A DNA stretch of 63,673 bases, counting the filler, from Rhabdomonas costata (lineage: Eukaryota): NCBI GenBank assembly GCA_019059605.1. It is 37 parts of 37 records of this genome, joined end to end, with 100 filler letters (N's around TTAATTAATTAA, not from the genome) between each part and the next. Parts side by side here need not be neighbours in the genome. Positions count along the whole stretch, not along the records: positions 1 to 1,624 come from JAHMHO010011778.1; positions 1,725 to 3,348 come from JAHMHO010011779.1; positions 3,449 to 5,072 come from JAHMHO010011780.1; positions 5,173 to 6,797 come from JAHMHO010011781.1; positions 6,898 to 8,521 come from JAHMHO010011782.1; positions 8,622 to 10,244 come from JAHMHO010011783.1; positions 10,345 to 11,968 come from JAHMHO010011784.1; 30 more parts are not named here. One strand, given 5' to 3'. The notes below the pieces were generated by a model that did no database searches, was not told the DNA's origin, and saw nothing but the letters and a program-made list of their open reading frames with translations. Positions 1 to 11,475 of the stretch are shown here, piece by piece (position 1 is the first letter of the stretch; each line of letters begins with the position of its first letter). Position numbers and translations under genes: made by a program.

Positions 1-570
1 GATGTTCCAACCGCCGTTCAGCCACCCCTCCGGCCCCGAGCCCTCTTATGCCCCTCCCACGTTCACGGTGGTGCGGGGAGCGGGAGGTGGTGCGGGGAGC
101 GGGGCCGCCAACGGACCTGGCGGAAATGGCCAGGGCATGCGGCTCAAGCGGCAGGGTTTGTGTTATGGAAGCAGTCATGCGCGGCTGGCGCCCTTCCTTT
201 CAAATTACATTCATTCCCAGCTATTTTTTTTTCGGTGGTCCTGCAGGGCTTTGAATCTCTTCCAGACTTCCCGTCCAGCTGGGGGGGGGGTAAACGTAAC
301 GTGGTTACGTGCAATTGCATGCTTGCTTGATGGTTTGAGAGGATGACACTTGTATTCAGAGCACGGCTCCCTTAGGGACAGAAAAGCATGTTTGTCATGG
401 GCAATGAGTAGGAAAGGTGACACCGTTCGCGGGGTAGGGGAGGAGGAGGAGGAAGGGGGTACATTTGCATTTATTCTATTCAGAGAGCTTAACCTTTGCT
501 CAATCTGAGCACTTCTCGCGGCATATAACAGAATTGGTCTTCCGGTTGAAAATGCCTTGTGGTTGTGCAG

Positions 571-1168
571 GGGCGTCCCCGCCACCCCCGGAGGACCTCA
601 GTCAGTGGCCTGCGTTTGTGCTGAACGAGGATGGCACCCTGCCCGACCGCCTGCGTCACCTAGACCCCAACCTGGTCACCACGATTTGCAGCGAGGTTCG
701 TGGGCAGCACGCACTCACACGCACACACAAACTGAGCTATTGGCACAGGCGCTGGGTCTTCCAGTCAAGCATGAATTCCTTTATCTGCTTGGCCAGCAAG
801 ACAGCCGCAATTTGCAGGCTTCCGTTCAGTGGTTACCGAAGCCTTCAGTGAAATCTTCACTGCTAGCCATGACAATGTGATTATCTTAACCACTGTAGTA
901 CTTTGGAGGGCAGGTGCATGCCAAGGCTTTGTCCATTTCGTCTTGCCCACCAACCGCGGATCTGCTCCACCCATTGCTGCAGGTTCTGGAGCATTCCGGT
1001 GGGGTGGATTTCAACCTGATCGCCGGGCTGGGGTTTGCGAAGCGCTGCGTGGAGGAGGCTGTGGTGTGGCCCCTGCTGAACCCCGAGCTGTTCACGGGGC
1101 TGCGAAGACCCCCCCGGGGGCTGCTACTATTCGGGCCTCCGGGCTCGGGGAAGACCATGATTGGCAAG
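571..1168 (+). CDS. FIGNL1: Fidgetin-like 1 / spastin-clade AAA+ ATPase, partial (exons 571-695, 983-1168)
   Basis: LRHLDPNLVTTICSE|VLEHSGGVDFNLIAGLGFAKRCVEEAVVWPLLNPELFTGLRRPPRGLLLFGPPGSGKTMIGK with Walker A; phase-0 GT-AG intron 696-982. Confidence 0.88.
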
Positions 1169-1624
1169 GCCTCTTTTTTTATCCTCTCTCTGTCTGCTTC
1201 GCTCCGTCTTACGTTTGCGCTCTGCGCTCGGCATGAGATTGCTGCCGTTTTGCGCTTGGCAAGCATGTTTACTATGTGCGAAAGCAGGAGGAAAGACCTT
1301 CTCTGTGCTGTGGGGCACACACACAAACTCTTCTGTGGCACAAGGGAGGAGTAAGGCGCGAGGTTGGTGATGATCGGGAATGCCTGTTTCCTCGTGTGGT
1401 GCTCTGGGGGAGCCTCGGAAAACGCACTTCACAAGCGCAGTATCAGCTTTTTGCATTTAAACGTTCTCATATTCGGCTTTGCTCACACTTCGCACGTGCG
1501 AAGCGGTATCCTTCTTGTTTGAGGGTTGACAGGAACGATATTGGCATCCGGCTGTGCATACCGGTGCATACCGCTCCGTCGCGCTTGTCAGATTCTTTTT
1601 GGATCTTACGTCACACCAACAACA

Positions 1625-1724
1625 NNNNNNNNNNNNNNNNNNNNNNNNNNNNNNNNNNNNNNNNNNNNTTAATTAATTAANNNNNNNNNNNNNNNNNNNN
1701 NNNNNNNNNNNNNNNNNNNNNNNN
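1625..1724. other. Artificial contig-joining spacer (first of 36 copies, roughly every 1.72 kb)
   Basis: N44-TTAATTAATTAA-N44 puts stop codons in all six frames; it separates contigs of near-identical length (~1620-1630 bp). Confidence 0.99.
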
Positions 1725-1970
1725 CACTGGGACCTAGTTTTTTCACCCCCCCGTTTTAGCTTCTAAGTCCGAAAACGCCTGATTTAGTGCACACTTTTGG
1801 AAGTTGTGCCTTTTTGAGGTGACGCGGACAATATAATGAATCTCAAAGAACGCGCTGCTGCTTCTTGGGCTTATTTCTGGAGCGTGGATGTTCAGCAGGT
1901 GTCGCTGAGTTCTTCCTGCTGCACGGGAAGGATTCTGTTTTTGCTTCACACGCTGCACATCTAAACAAAG

Positions 1971-3134
1971 GGGATGCTGCGGTCCCAGCTTCTCGAGCAG
2001 GAGGGCGAGGACAGCCTTAGCCCAGAGACCCGGCTCGTGCGGTTCCTGCAGGCCCAGGGCATTGACACCTCCAAAGTGAGCTCTGAGAGCCTGGACCGGG
2101 GCCGCCAATTCATGGTCTCTGGGGGCCGCCGCCGAGCCCTCTTCCTGCACATCAGCAGCCGGCAGTACCACGACACCATCCGTGTACCCACCCTGCTCCG
2201 CCAGAAGGCTACTATAACAGGTGCGGAGACCACCACCGCGACTACAACAACAACCTCCACCACTGCCTCTGCTGACGGGGCAGCTCCGGCGAGCTCTGAG
2301 GCGACCACCCTGAGGATCCCTCCTGCGGACGTGCCTGAGAGCAGGCTGTTTGCGCTGATCCAGAGGCACCGCAGGATGTTCGTGAGCTGGTTCGAGGTCA
2401 GCGAGGGGGGTCAAGGGACCGGGTGCTGCACGGGGTAGTGGGCACGGTGCTGCGGTGGCAGCAACACGTCGTGCCGGAGCCCTGGGCACCCAAAGGGGAT
2501 GGTCGGTTTGAGGCACCCCGGGCGGAGCTCAGGTTTGATGTGCAAGGAGTGGAGCTGTTCTGGAGGAACGACGAGCTCAAGCCCGTGCCTGACTCGATGA
2601 CCCACTTCCCGGTGCAGCCCCCTTTTCCCCCTTTCTGCTTACGTACTAATCTGTGACCTGAAGCAGACACAACCCCACTATCATGGGACAACTCACCGTC
2701 AGCAATTCAGGGTCACTGGGATTCAAGCTCGCCAACTGATTTCAAACGATTTTTGGATAAACGCTGAACTTGAATCTCCTGATGGATTGGGTTCACAGTT
2801 AATTTTGCATTATATTGTTGCCTTACTTTCGCTTGAATGGTTCGCATATGCGTTGACTTGTCCACGTGTTGGTCTCAGGACTTCGAGGTCATCCTGGGCC
2901 GTGAGGCCCTGCAGTGTGGGCTGATTAGCCGCTCCGAGCACCGCCACTGCGTGCACATCCTTGGCACGGAGTTCGACCTGGTGCAGTGGGACGAGCCCAA
3001 CCCCTCGGACCAGGGCGTGGGGATGCCCACGCCACCGCCAGAGAGGCGGTTCTGCCCGCTTTGTGGGGAGGTCGGGCGGTGCTGGATCTGCGACTGTACC
3101 GTCAGCAACTGCGGCCGTGCCAATGCCCCCGCAG
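1971..3134 (+). CDS. Multi-exon hypothetical protein, partial
   Basis: GC-rich coding blocks bounded by AG/GT (about 1971-2396, 2462-2611, 2879-3134): ...ELFWRNDELKPVPDSMTHFP|DFEVILGREALQCG...; family not confidently recognised. Confidence 0.65.
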
Positions 3135-3575
3135 GTATACTTGTGCCTGAAGTCTTACGTCTACTCCTGCATAGCCTGCTTGCGTTTCTGGAAGCGAACC
3201 AGTTCTTGTATTTGCTCACTGTTTTTGGTCACTGCGATGCTCTCTTAGGTTGCCTTTCCCCTCTTCTTGCCAAACATCATGTCGAGCACACGATGCTCTC
3301 CCTGCTCTCTGCTCTTTCTTGTTCTGGCGGAGTGTGCAACAGATCAACNNNNNNNNNNNNNNNNNNNNNNNNNNNNNNNNNNNNNNNNNNNNTTAATTAA
3401 TTAANNNNNNNNNNNNNNNNNNNNNNNNNNNNNNNNNNNNNNNNNNNNGGTGGGGGGTCGGGGCGATTTTGTCTGCAAATTGTTCAGCACTGGTAAAGGA
3501 CTTCACTGGTGATGTTTTCTGTGATATCGAATTATTGATGCGTGGGGGGAAATGTAACCTTCACACCTCACCCAG

Positions 3576-4179
3576 TTGGCTCTGAAAATCTCCGAGCGGC
3601 TCCGGGAGTTGAGCGTCCCTTCAGAGGAAAAGCAGACCGTGGTAAAGGAGATGTACTTCCGGAAGCTCAGGGAGTACCACCGAAAACTTCGGGTCCACCA
3701 GAAGCAGGTTCTACGAAGCGCTCATATTCTTCCGGGGGAGGGAATCCAGGTGCTGAGCTGGGAGTGCCTCTAGAATTATGTCCCCAATACAACCCTGGTC
3801 TGAGACATTGTGAAGGAAGGGCCTAAAGAAAACCCAACCCGTAGCTTCTGTATGTGCTTCACATGTTGAAATGTTGCACCCGGAGAAGTTTATTTGAGAT
3901 GTTTGAAGAACATTCGAAGCACATTTGTCATCGTCAAATCTTCACGAACTGACATTTAAAGAGACGCAGACAGAAAAGAGACGTTTCCTGATTTCGAAAG
4001 AAATGAAACCAGCGAACTCGATAACTCCAGAATGTTGGGCGAATGTTAAACGTGCCAGGCCTTGACCCCTTGACCCCTGGGCCCTGCTCACTGTTGTGTG
4101 CTCGAAAAAGGTTGCTGATCTTCGCGCGAAGCTGAAGGCGCTCTCGGCCTATGCCAGCTCCCCACGAAATTCTGCAGAA
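3576..4179 (+). CDS. Hypothetical helical/coiled-coil protein exons, partial
   Basis: AG-bounded blocks LALKISERLREL...YHRKLRVHQKQ and VADLRAKLKALSAY..., followed by GT donors. Confidence 0.45.
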
Positions 4180-4292
4180 GTGGGTGCGTTGCGAGTTTCC
4201 TGCAGATCTTGTGAGCCCCGACCGCCAGTGTTTTCTTCCCTTTTATTTTTTGTTCTTTCGCATCCAAATGGTGCAGTTACGGTTAAGTTCAT

Positions 4293-4686
4293 TGTTTTTT
4301 TTTTGGGGGGGGGGCGTTAAACGTTTTTGGACTTTGTGGTTCGATTGGGGCATTAATATTGGGTCGGAGGCCAGCCGTCTCGCAGCGGCGGGCCGCCGCG
4401 CGGCGTTGTCGAAGCGGTCGGTTTAGGCGGGGGACGTGCCATGGTCATGCAAAAAATCAGCTTTGGTGTTTAACGGTTTTAAACGTTTAACGCTAACGCT
4501 AAACACCAATTTTTTTTTCAAAAATGTTATTTTCCGATCACGGGACTTAGTCAAAGTGTGCCTGTACCCACTAGATGATTTTGCTGAAAGGGTTTTGGTG
4601 TTCTGTTCCACTGCCCCCAGGATGCCGATTTCTAGAATTTACGACCGTTTAACAGTGTTTAACGCCCCCCCCCCAAAAAAAAAACA
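4293..4686. repeat. 394-bp segment bounded by perfect 30-bp inverted repeats (MITE-like candidate)
   Basis: TG-T10-G10-CGTTAAAC (4293-4322) pairs with GTTTAACG-C10-A10-CA (4657-4686); internal GTTTAACG-like motifs. Confidence 0.6.
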
Positions 4687-5200
4687 TAGAAATGCAACAG
4701 CCCCGAAGGTTGACGGCTACCCATTGAATATCGACTGAGGGTGAAAGGTGAAAGGAAACCCGCAGCATTTTGGGAGGCACGCTGCATATTCGAAAGACAT
4801 TTATCTTCGCCCCTACTTCTGATTCGCTTTCTGCACGGTGGTGTTAGTGGCCTTTGCCTGAGAATGCCCGATCTTCTCGCGGATTCCAGGGGCAAACCTG
4901 AAGCCTGCGCCACAACAGTACTTCAGACTGACGACGACGATAGCGGCAGCAGTGTCCTGTGGACCCTCCCTGTTCTTCTGCTTTGTGTGCATTGTTTTCT
5001 CAGGGACGGCCAAAACTCGCCGCTTCATCCTGGCTCCTGAAGTGGCACAGGACATGGAGCGCACGCGGGCAGNNNNNNNNNNNNNNNNNNNNNNNNNNNN
5101 NNNNNNNNNNNNNNNNTTAATTAATTAANNNNNNNNNNNNNNNNNNNNNNNNNNNNNNNNNNNNNNNNNNNNGTGTGGGGTGCTTCCCTGTGCGCTGAGG

Positions 5201-5408
5201 TTAACTGCGGAAGACAGAGCGCAGCTGCCGCACAGACAAGCCTCAGCGCACAGGGAAGCACCCCGTAGCCGTTGTAATCGATGTGCTCACCAATGACGTT
5301 CACTCTCCCTGGGGCAATCGCCAGAGCTATCTTTTGCTGTGTGGCTGTGGCAAGATTCCCTGTCAACTTCAGGAGCGCTGAGCAAGCCAATGAGCTAACA
5401 CACGCCAT
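5201..5408 (-). CDS. galK: Galactokinase / GalNAc kinase (GHMP family), N-terminal fragment
   Basis: [24 protein letters not shown] is the galactokinase signature; truncated by the fold-back at the contig start. Confidence 0.9.
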
Positions 5409-6517
5409 AGCAGTGAAATAAATGGAAAAATAGGGGGATTTACCCTGTCTTCCACATAAAAGAAACGAAACGAAAGGCAAGCATTCAAGAGGGCAGCTTT
5501 GAAGCAATGCACAGTTTCCAGCAATGAGTTTTAAGGACGAGAACGGCAGAGAGAATTCATGTGCCTGCCTTTTTTGGCAATGCACGAACTGATCATGTCG
5601 TGCCAGTTTCGACCATCCGCATGGGAAGAATACCTCTCAGAAAACGTTCCTGAGTATTACAACAGGAATCCAGCCAACAGGGAAAACGTGGTACCCACGT
5701 GAATAACATATCCATTTCGAGCTGTAAGGCACATGATGCCGAAATTCCGAGGCTAAAATGCCACCAAAAGAAATAAGTTGAGCTATTGAGTCTTCAGCAG
5801 GGACGGTGTCACCAATTATACGGACACAAAGGCCGAGAAAACTCTGCAGACAACCACCAAAGGCCGTGGTGAGAACGAACGTAACAGGGGCAGTGGGCAC
5901 AATTTTGGGAGCACTTTTTTAACAATGCGCGTGACGAAGCTGTTTGTTTGCAAGCAAGAGACATGTGGACAATGTTTGCATGGGACATGGCGGCGCATAC
6001 AGGAAAACCTTCTGATCTGCATGGCTATTTGAATTGGACCCGACACTGTTCTCAGATCTTGGCTTCGGCATGGAATTTCATAAATTGTGTGATGGATGCA
6101 AGGAGGTCAGCAGGCGATGACCACTGCCAGGCCGTGCTAAAGATTGAACTATGCCCATTGAAATGTAAAGTTTGTTCACCGACAGCGATGCCACCTCGTA
6201 CTTAACCTTTGAAAACGTGAAATCAATGAAGTCATCTCATTGGTGTGTGTTTCCAGAGCGAGTTACTGATGTCGCAGCATCAGTGAGTGGGTGGCAGAAG
6301 CGAGTCAGCGCGGAAAGAGAAAAGGGGGAAAGGAGTCAGCGGCAGCAAGGACGGACGCTGCATCGCTCTTCCCATCGGCCAGAACTCCCGCCCGATGACC
6401 GCCTCGGAAAGCGAGAACAGAAAAAAGGACACAAAGCATCATTCGTTGAAGGTGCGGTGATGCAGTGACCTGCAAAAGGGGATACTAAACGAGAGCCTCC
6501 CGACTCTCAACGAGGTA

Positions 6518-6790
6518 CCCTCCACTGCTCGGGCCCTTCAGCACCTGTGATGTTGAAGGAGATCAGCTCTGAAAAAGTAGGCTGTGGATTCGTCTCGTTC
6601 GCCCCCGTCTTCAGGGGGTATTTCACGGGGTCACTGTGCGTGAACAGGCCGGGGTCCGCCAGGACCACCGTGTATCCGGGTGCTCGGCGCCGGGACTCTG
6701 CACGAGCCCGAAGAACCTCAAAGCAGAGGTTGCCCAGCCGACGGTTTGAAGAGGTGCGGCACTTGCCCACCGTGGCGCTCATCCATCCCC
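6518..6790 (-). CDS. Possible C2-domain protein exon
   Basis: LGNLCFEVLRARA ... TGANETNPQPTFSELISFNI resembles the first C2 strand and the N-P-x-W/F-x-E-x-x-F motif. Confidence 0.4.
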
Positions 6791-7072
6791 AAACCCCNNN
6801 NNNNNNNNNNNNNNNNNNNNNNNNNNNNNNNNNNNNNNNNNTTAATTAATTAANNNNNNNNNNNNNNNNNNNNNNNNNNNNNNNNNNNNNNNNNNNNGGG
6901 GGAGGGGAAGGATTTCATCGACACTATCTTGCGTGGTGAAGGTTGGCAGATCTCTTTTGTCTCGCCTTTTCTTTGCGCGGCAGGTGATTTGGTGCAGGGG
7001 TGAGAATGAACGCTGCGCAGAGCGTTGCTTTTCGTCATATTTCTCTCACCCCCTCTGTTTGCTTTCCCTCAG

Positions 7073-8166
7073 GAGGGACGCTGTGCTCTGGCCACCTCCT
7101 TTAGCTGCTTCAAATTTCTTGTGATGTACGGCCTCATCCTCAGCTTCAACGAGTGTGTGCTCCTATCTGGCGTTTTCCTGTTCAGTTTGCCGTCCTTTCC
7201 ACATCAGGTAAAGGAGGTTCAAATGCCAAACGTGATTGCCTGACACTTCTCTGATCCTGGAAAATGCAGGGGTTATGTCCATCGACATAAAAGTAATTGG
7301 CTGCCACGCATTCGAGCACCCACTCACCTCGTTCTCAGTGTCTCTATCATTGTCAGTGTGACTGTTTCTTCAGGGAGAATTTTGTTGGCCCGAAACACCA
7401 CTGCAGGTTTATCATGGACTTTTTCCACGCCGAGGTGGACTTCGACGAGTACAACTGGGTGTGGATCGACGGGGTGATGTCTGTGGCCCTCTCCCTGGGG
7501 CTCACCCTCAGCCGCCCCACCACAGGACCACTCAGCGCGGTCCGGCCCACGGCCAGCCTGCTCTCCGCGGTGCCCTTGGCCAGCGTTTGGGGGCAGCAGG
7601 TGGGGACGCAGCCCCCTCTCCCTCAACCCTCAGTCACACGAACCCTACACTCTGCGGATGAATTGCAACGCGCAATTGCATCGTGACCACTGCTGCCCGC
7701 CCAGAGGTGAGACAGAGGTGAGTGTTAGGCCGATCATTCGACTGATAGCTTCACAAGGAGTTGGGCCATACATAAGGGGGTAGGTGCCTGTAGGTGCCAG
7801 TAGGTGCCTGTGGGGTCACCTATGCGGATTCAAAAGAACCTGAGCTCTGCGCAGAAGTGAGCATGGCCGAACTCAAGGAAACGAAGCGCGCAAAAATCAA
7901 AATTGGCTTGCCCTTGATTTCATCAGGAATGCAATGAATTTCTTAAATTGGGTGCACCTGCATATTATTACCTTGCCCCGGCTCCGTTTCAGTTTTTTTT
8001 CTAACGACCAGGCGCATCTAATCGTCACCCTCTCTCCATTCTGGTTGTGGGGCACAGCTGATCTTCGTGGTGTTCTCTGTGTTGGCCCTGGTATGGCTGC
8101 GGGCGCAGCCCTGGTTTCGCCATTTCGACGCGTCTGGGGTGGACGTCTCAAAGTGGTGGCTGCTTG
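7073..8166 (+). CDS. P5-type (ATP13A-like) P-type ATPase, C-terminal membrane region (exons 7073-7152, 7407-7599, 8058-8166)
   Basis: EGRCALATSFSCFKFLVMYGLI, then WIDG..., RPTASLLS...LASVWGQ and WLRAQPWF; intron phases match. Confidence 0.88.
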
Positions 8167-8637
8167 GTCTCTTTCTGTCTGCATTCATGCGTATATCTGT
8201 TGCGTGTGCATTGAATACGCGGATACGCGGAAAGAGCTCCCGTGGAATATAAGGCACCCTGACCCACCCAGCATACCGAAATCGAGGACAGGGCCTGGCA
8301 CCCGATGGTGCCGTACAGGGACAACCCGTGGGCCAGTCCAATCTCCGCCGTGAACTCGTAGTGGGTTGCCAGGTTGGCCAGCCGCACCGCCGTCTCGCAT
8401 GACTGGAAATGCAAGTCACTGGGTGAGGGGAGAGTGATTTCCTAGTAAAGCAGCTGTGGGCCTGCAGCACAGGCGTCAGGGCCATCCCCGACATCCCCTT
8501 GGATGAGGCCAAACAAAAAAANNNNNNNNNNNNNNNNNNNNNNNNNNNNNNNNNNNNNNNNNNNNTTAATTAATTAANNNNNNNNNNNNNNNNNNNNNNN
8601 NNNNNNNNNNNNNNNNNNNNNTGTGGGTGGTGGGTAC

Positions 8638-8790
8638 CTGTTTGCCCGTAGCACATCACCGTGGCGTTGTACCCCTGAAACAGGTTGGTCTGAATGCTGG
8701 GGTACAGAAACTCAAAAATCTCCTGCTGGGAAGTGTCCGTATCCCACACTTTGCTGAAGTGATAGAGCCGCTGGTCCGCCTGCTGGTCGA
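8638..8790 (-). CDS. Kinesin motor domain exon
   Basis: YHFSKVWDTDTSQQEIF...LFQGYNATVMCYGQTG (start of the P-loop), bounded by CAG and GTACC. Confidence 0.9.
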
Positions 8791-9994
8791 CTGGGATAAA
8801 GCTTGCCACAGGGAGCAAAACCTGGGAAAAATGCCCCGCCCGATGTGCAACAATATACCGCAACATCGAAGAAAAGGAGGAGCGTGAAATCTTCCCTTCG
8901 GCATTAGCTGATTGCAGTTGCCGAAGCAATTGGACCATGGCTCGGCTTAGGATAAGACACCACAGGTTCAATCCAGAAAGGGTTTGGTTGCGACGCTTGT
9001 TCCCATGGATTCCGAAATAAGATACAGCAAAGTACCAACCAAAACGGCAAGGTGCGAGGAACGAGGGCTTGCATCAGTGCCGGAACCCGCAAGGCAGCGG
9101 AATGGAATATGGGGGAGATAGTGGCCGGCTAAGACTCGCCGGCTGAGGTATGGGCGGACGAGCAGGAAAGCATAGGTGCAGGGGAGAAGGCTAGTCCACG
9201 GCGCGGCCGGAGCGGGCGGCTGGCGCGAGAACGTGACTTGGGGGACCTTTGGGGACTTCTCACATTTGTTGTATACCGCAGCAAGCACAGAATAACACAG
9301 AAAAAAACAGCCCATTATTTCCATGGCATATTGTTTTCAATCCCATTTCCATTGCTCCTTTTAGGCCAACTTAACTTACCTTGAGCAGTGTGCCATCCTC
9401 AGAGACGTTGTAGTGCAGCGCCGGGTTTCGTGATGAATTGCCCAGTGGGCGAAATCGGATGCAGGAAACAATGCTGCTGCACTGCTGTGAGGCGGCAGCT
9501 AGGGAGGGAGACGGCCTTCTCGATGACATTTCGGCAAAAAAAAATGTGGTCCAAAATCAACGTCCCGGGGTGCGTCTGACACGTAGAGCTGTCCACAGTA
9601 TTAAAAACCGGTGGCTTTCATCGGAAAATACAACACAAGCCTCCAAGAGAGGGACCGCAAAATAAAACCCAAAAACAAGAATGCTGGACGACGCACAGAA
9701 GACACCTCCACACTTCCCCATTTTCCTTGCTCGACTAGCAAGTATTTTTCTCTTGGGTGCAAGGAGATAGGCCAGCCGATGCCCATTCCGAGGCCAGCAT
9801 GAATTACTCTTGAGGTCTAAGAAGCGGAAGCAATCCCGACCTAAGCATAACGTGCAGGCCTGTAAGGAGCCTGAAAAAAAGTCGTTTGGGGGGGCAGAAG
9901 GCCCAAAAGCCACAAAAAAGGCCCAAAATGACAAATAATGCCTACACGGAAGCTATATTCCGGAACATTCGGCCCATTGCAAAGAGAGCGGGCC

Positions 9995-10075
9995 TTATCC
10001 TTAGGTATGTTAACGGGCCCTGGCGGAAAGCTTAGGGCTCAATATGGAGGCCTGAAAAAAGGCGAAAACTGCCCC
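9995..10075. repeat. Dispersed repeat family C; diverged reverse-complement copy at about 52455-52527
   Basis: Shared TTATCCT...GAAAGCTTAGG(G)CTCARTAYGSAGGCCTGMAAARGGCSAAAA, aligned by eye. Confidence 0.5.
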
Positions 10076-11161
10076 TCCCCCCATTCCTTGGAAATAAAAA
10101 ATGAAAGAAAGAATGAAAAATGCTTAAAAGAATCAAAATATCCCATAAAAGCCCCAGAACTCGACAAGAGTGCGAGACCCAGGTTAGGTCAGCTGACTCC
10201 TGTATTGGACCATCATCACCAAATACCAGGTGTCCCAACAAAAANNNNNNNNNNNNNNNNNNNNNNNNNNNNNNNNNNNNNNNNNNNNTTAATTAATTAA
10301 NNNNNNNNNNNNNNNNNNNNNNNNNNNNNNNNNNNNNNNNNNNNGGTGGTGCCCCCTCCCCTCCTGCTCCTGCCTCTGCTCATGCCCTCTGTCTGTCTCT
10401 GTACGTTGCGCGTATGAGCGACGCTACCACCAGGCCGCAAATCGTTCCCCCGTGTAAACAAGGGAGGGAATATATGAACTTAATGGTGTTGTCGCCACCT
10501 GCCTGTACTCATGTACTCACACTCGTTAGAGCTGCTTCCCAACGAAAAAGAAAGTGAAGGCTTTTCTTTTCCTGTTCCTCCGCCCTTTTCAAGGCTGAGG
10601 CGCTCGAGTCGCAACGCCAGACAGGGCCATTTCTGTACCACTTTTTTCGGGTCAGTGATGGTCATTCCCCCTGCTTTGTGTTCTCTTGCACGCTGTACTC
10701 TGTGCCGCACGCAGGACCCCCTGTCCGCGCTTTTTTTTTTGGCAATGTTTCCACTGTCCATCCCCTCCCGCTATCTCTCTCAGGAAGGATGTTCGTTTTT
10801 TTGTCAAGCTATTTCCATCCTCCTCCTCCTCCTACTTCTTAGGATTGACGAGTTTTTCACAGTTGGAGTCAGGCTCGTGGAAAGATGTGTTTGCGATGCC
10901 CAAGACCCCTTCCTGGCTCCTGGCTGCCGAGGCAACGGCAATCACGCTGTGTGCAAATGTGAACTTAGGGCTCCCCGCCAGTGCAGCCAGTGCGGGCATG
11001 CCAGACCTGATCGAAGAGCTGTGCGCATGCTTTTATTTTTCTTTTTTTCTATGGGACCCACAGCATCGTAGCGGAGGTTAGAGGGAGTCTGGGCAGGTAT
11101 TTTTGGCTGAACCCCAGCATGTGCCGCAGTGACGTGAATGCTCTGTGCTCCTTCTCCTCAG

Positions 11162-11475
11162 GTCTTTATCGTGTCACCCGAAGTGCATTTGGCGATGGAA
11201 TACATGAACGCCGGAACGCTGTACATCTTGACTTCCGTTCTTTGCTCTCCGGATTGCCTGCCTGCTGAGTGCAAGGGGGTTTTTCCAGAGCCGATCTTGT
11301 CGTGCATCACCCGACAGGTTCCACCCCTTATTTGGGCTGCTGCTTTTTTGCCCATTAAATGCGCTGCATTTGTTTGCGTCTGGATTTTTCTCAAGGTGTT
11401 GTCAGGGCTGGAACACTTGCACAGCAACAACGTTATTCACAGGGACCTGAGGCCTCCTAACGTCCTTCTCAACAG
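11162..11475 (+). CDS. Ser/Thr protein kinase, STE7/MAP2K-like, partial (exons 11162-11317, 11396-11475)
   Basis: HLAMEYMNAGTL...FPEPILSCITRQ|VLSGLEHLHSNNVIHRDLRPPNVLLN. Confidence 0.85.

Noticed and set aside
1669..1680. Regularly spaced TTAATTAATTAA as a CRISPR-like or biological repeat
   Set aside because: It is always embedded in fixed N-runs and is a synthetic all-frame stop linker. ORFs ending in X...LIN are artefacts of it.
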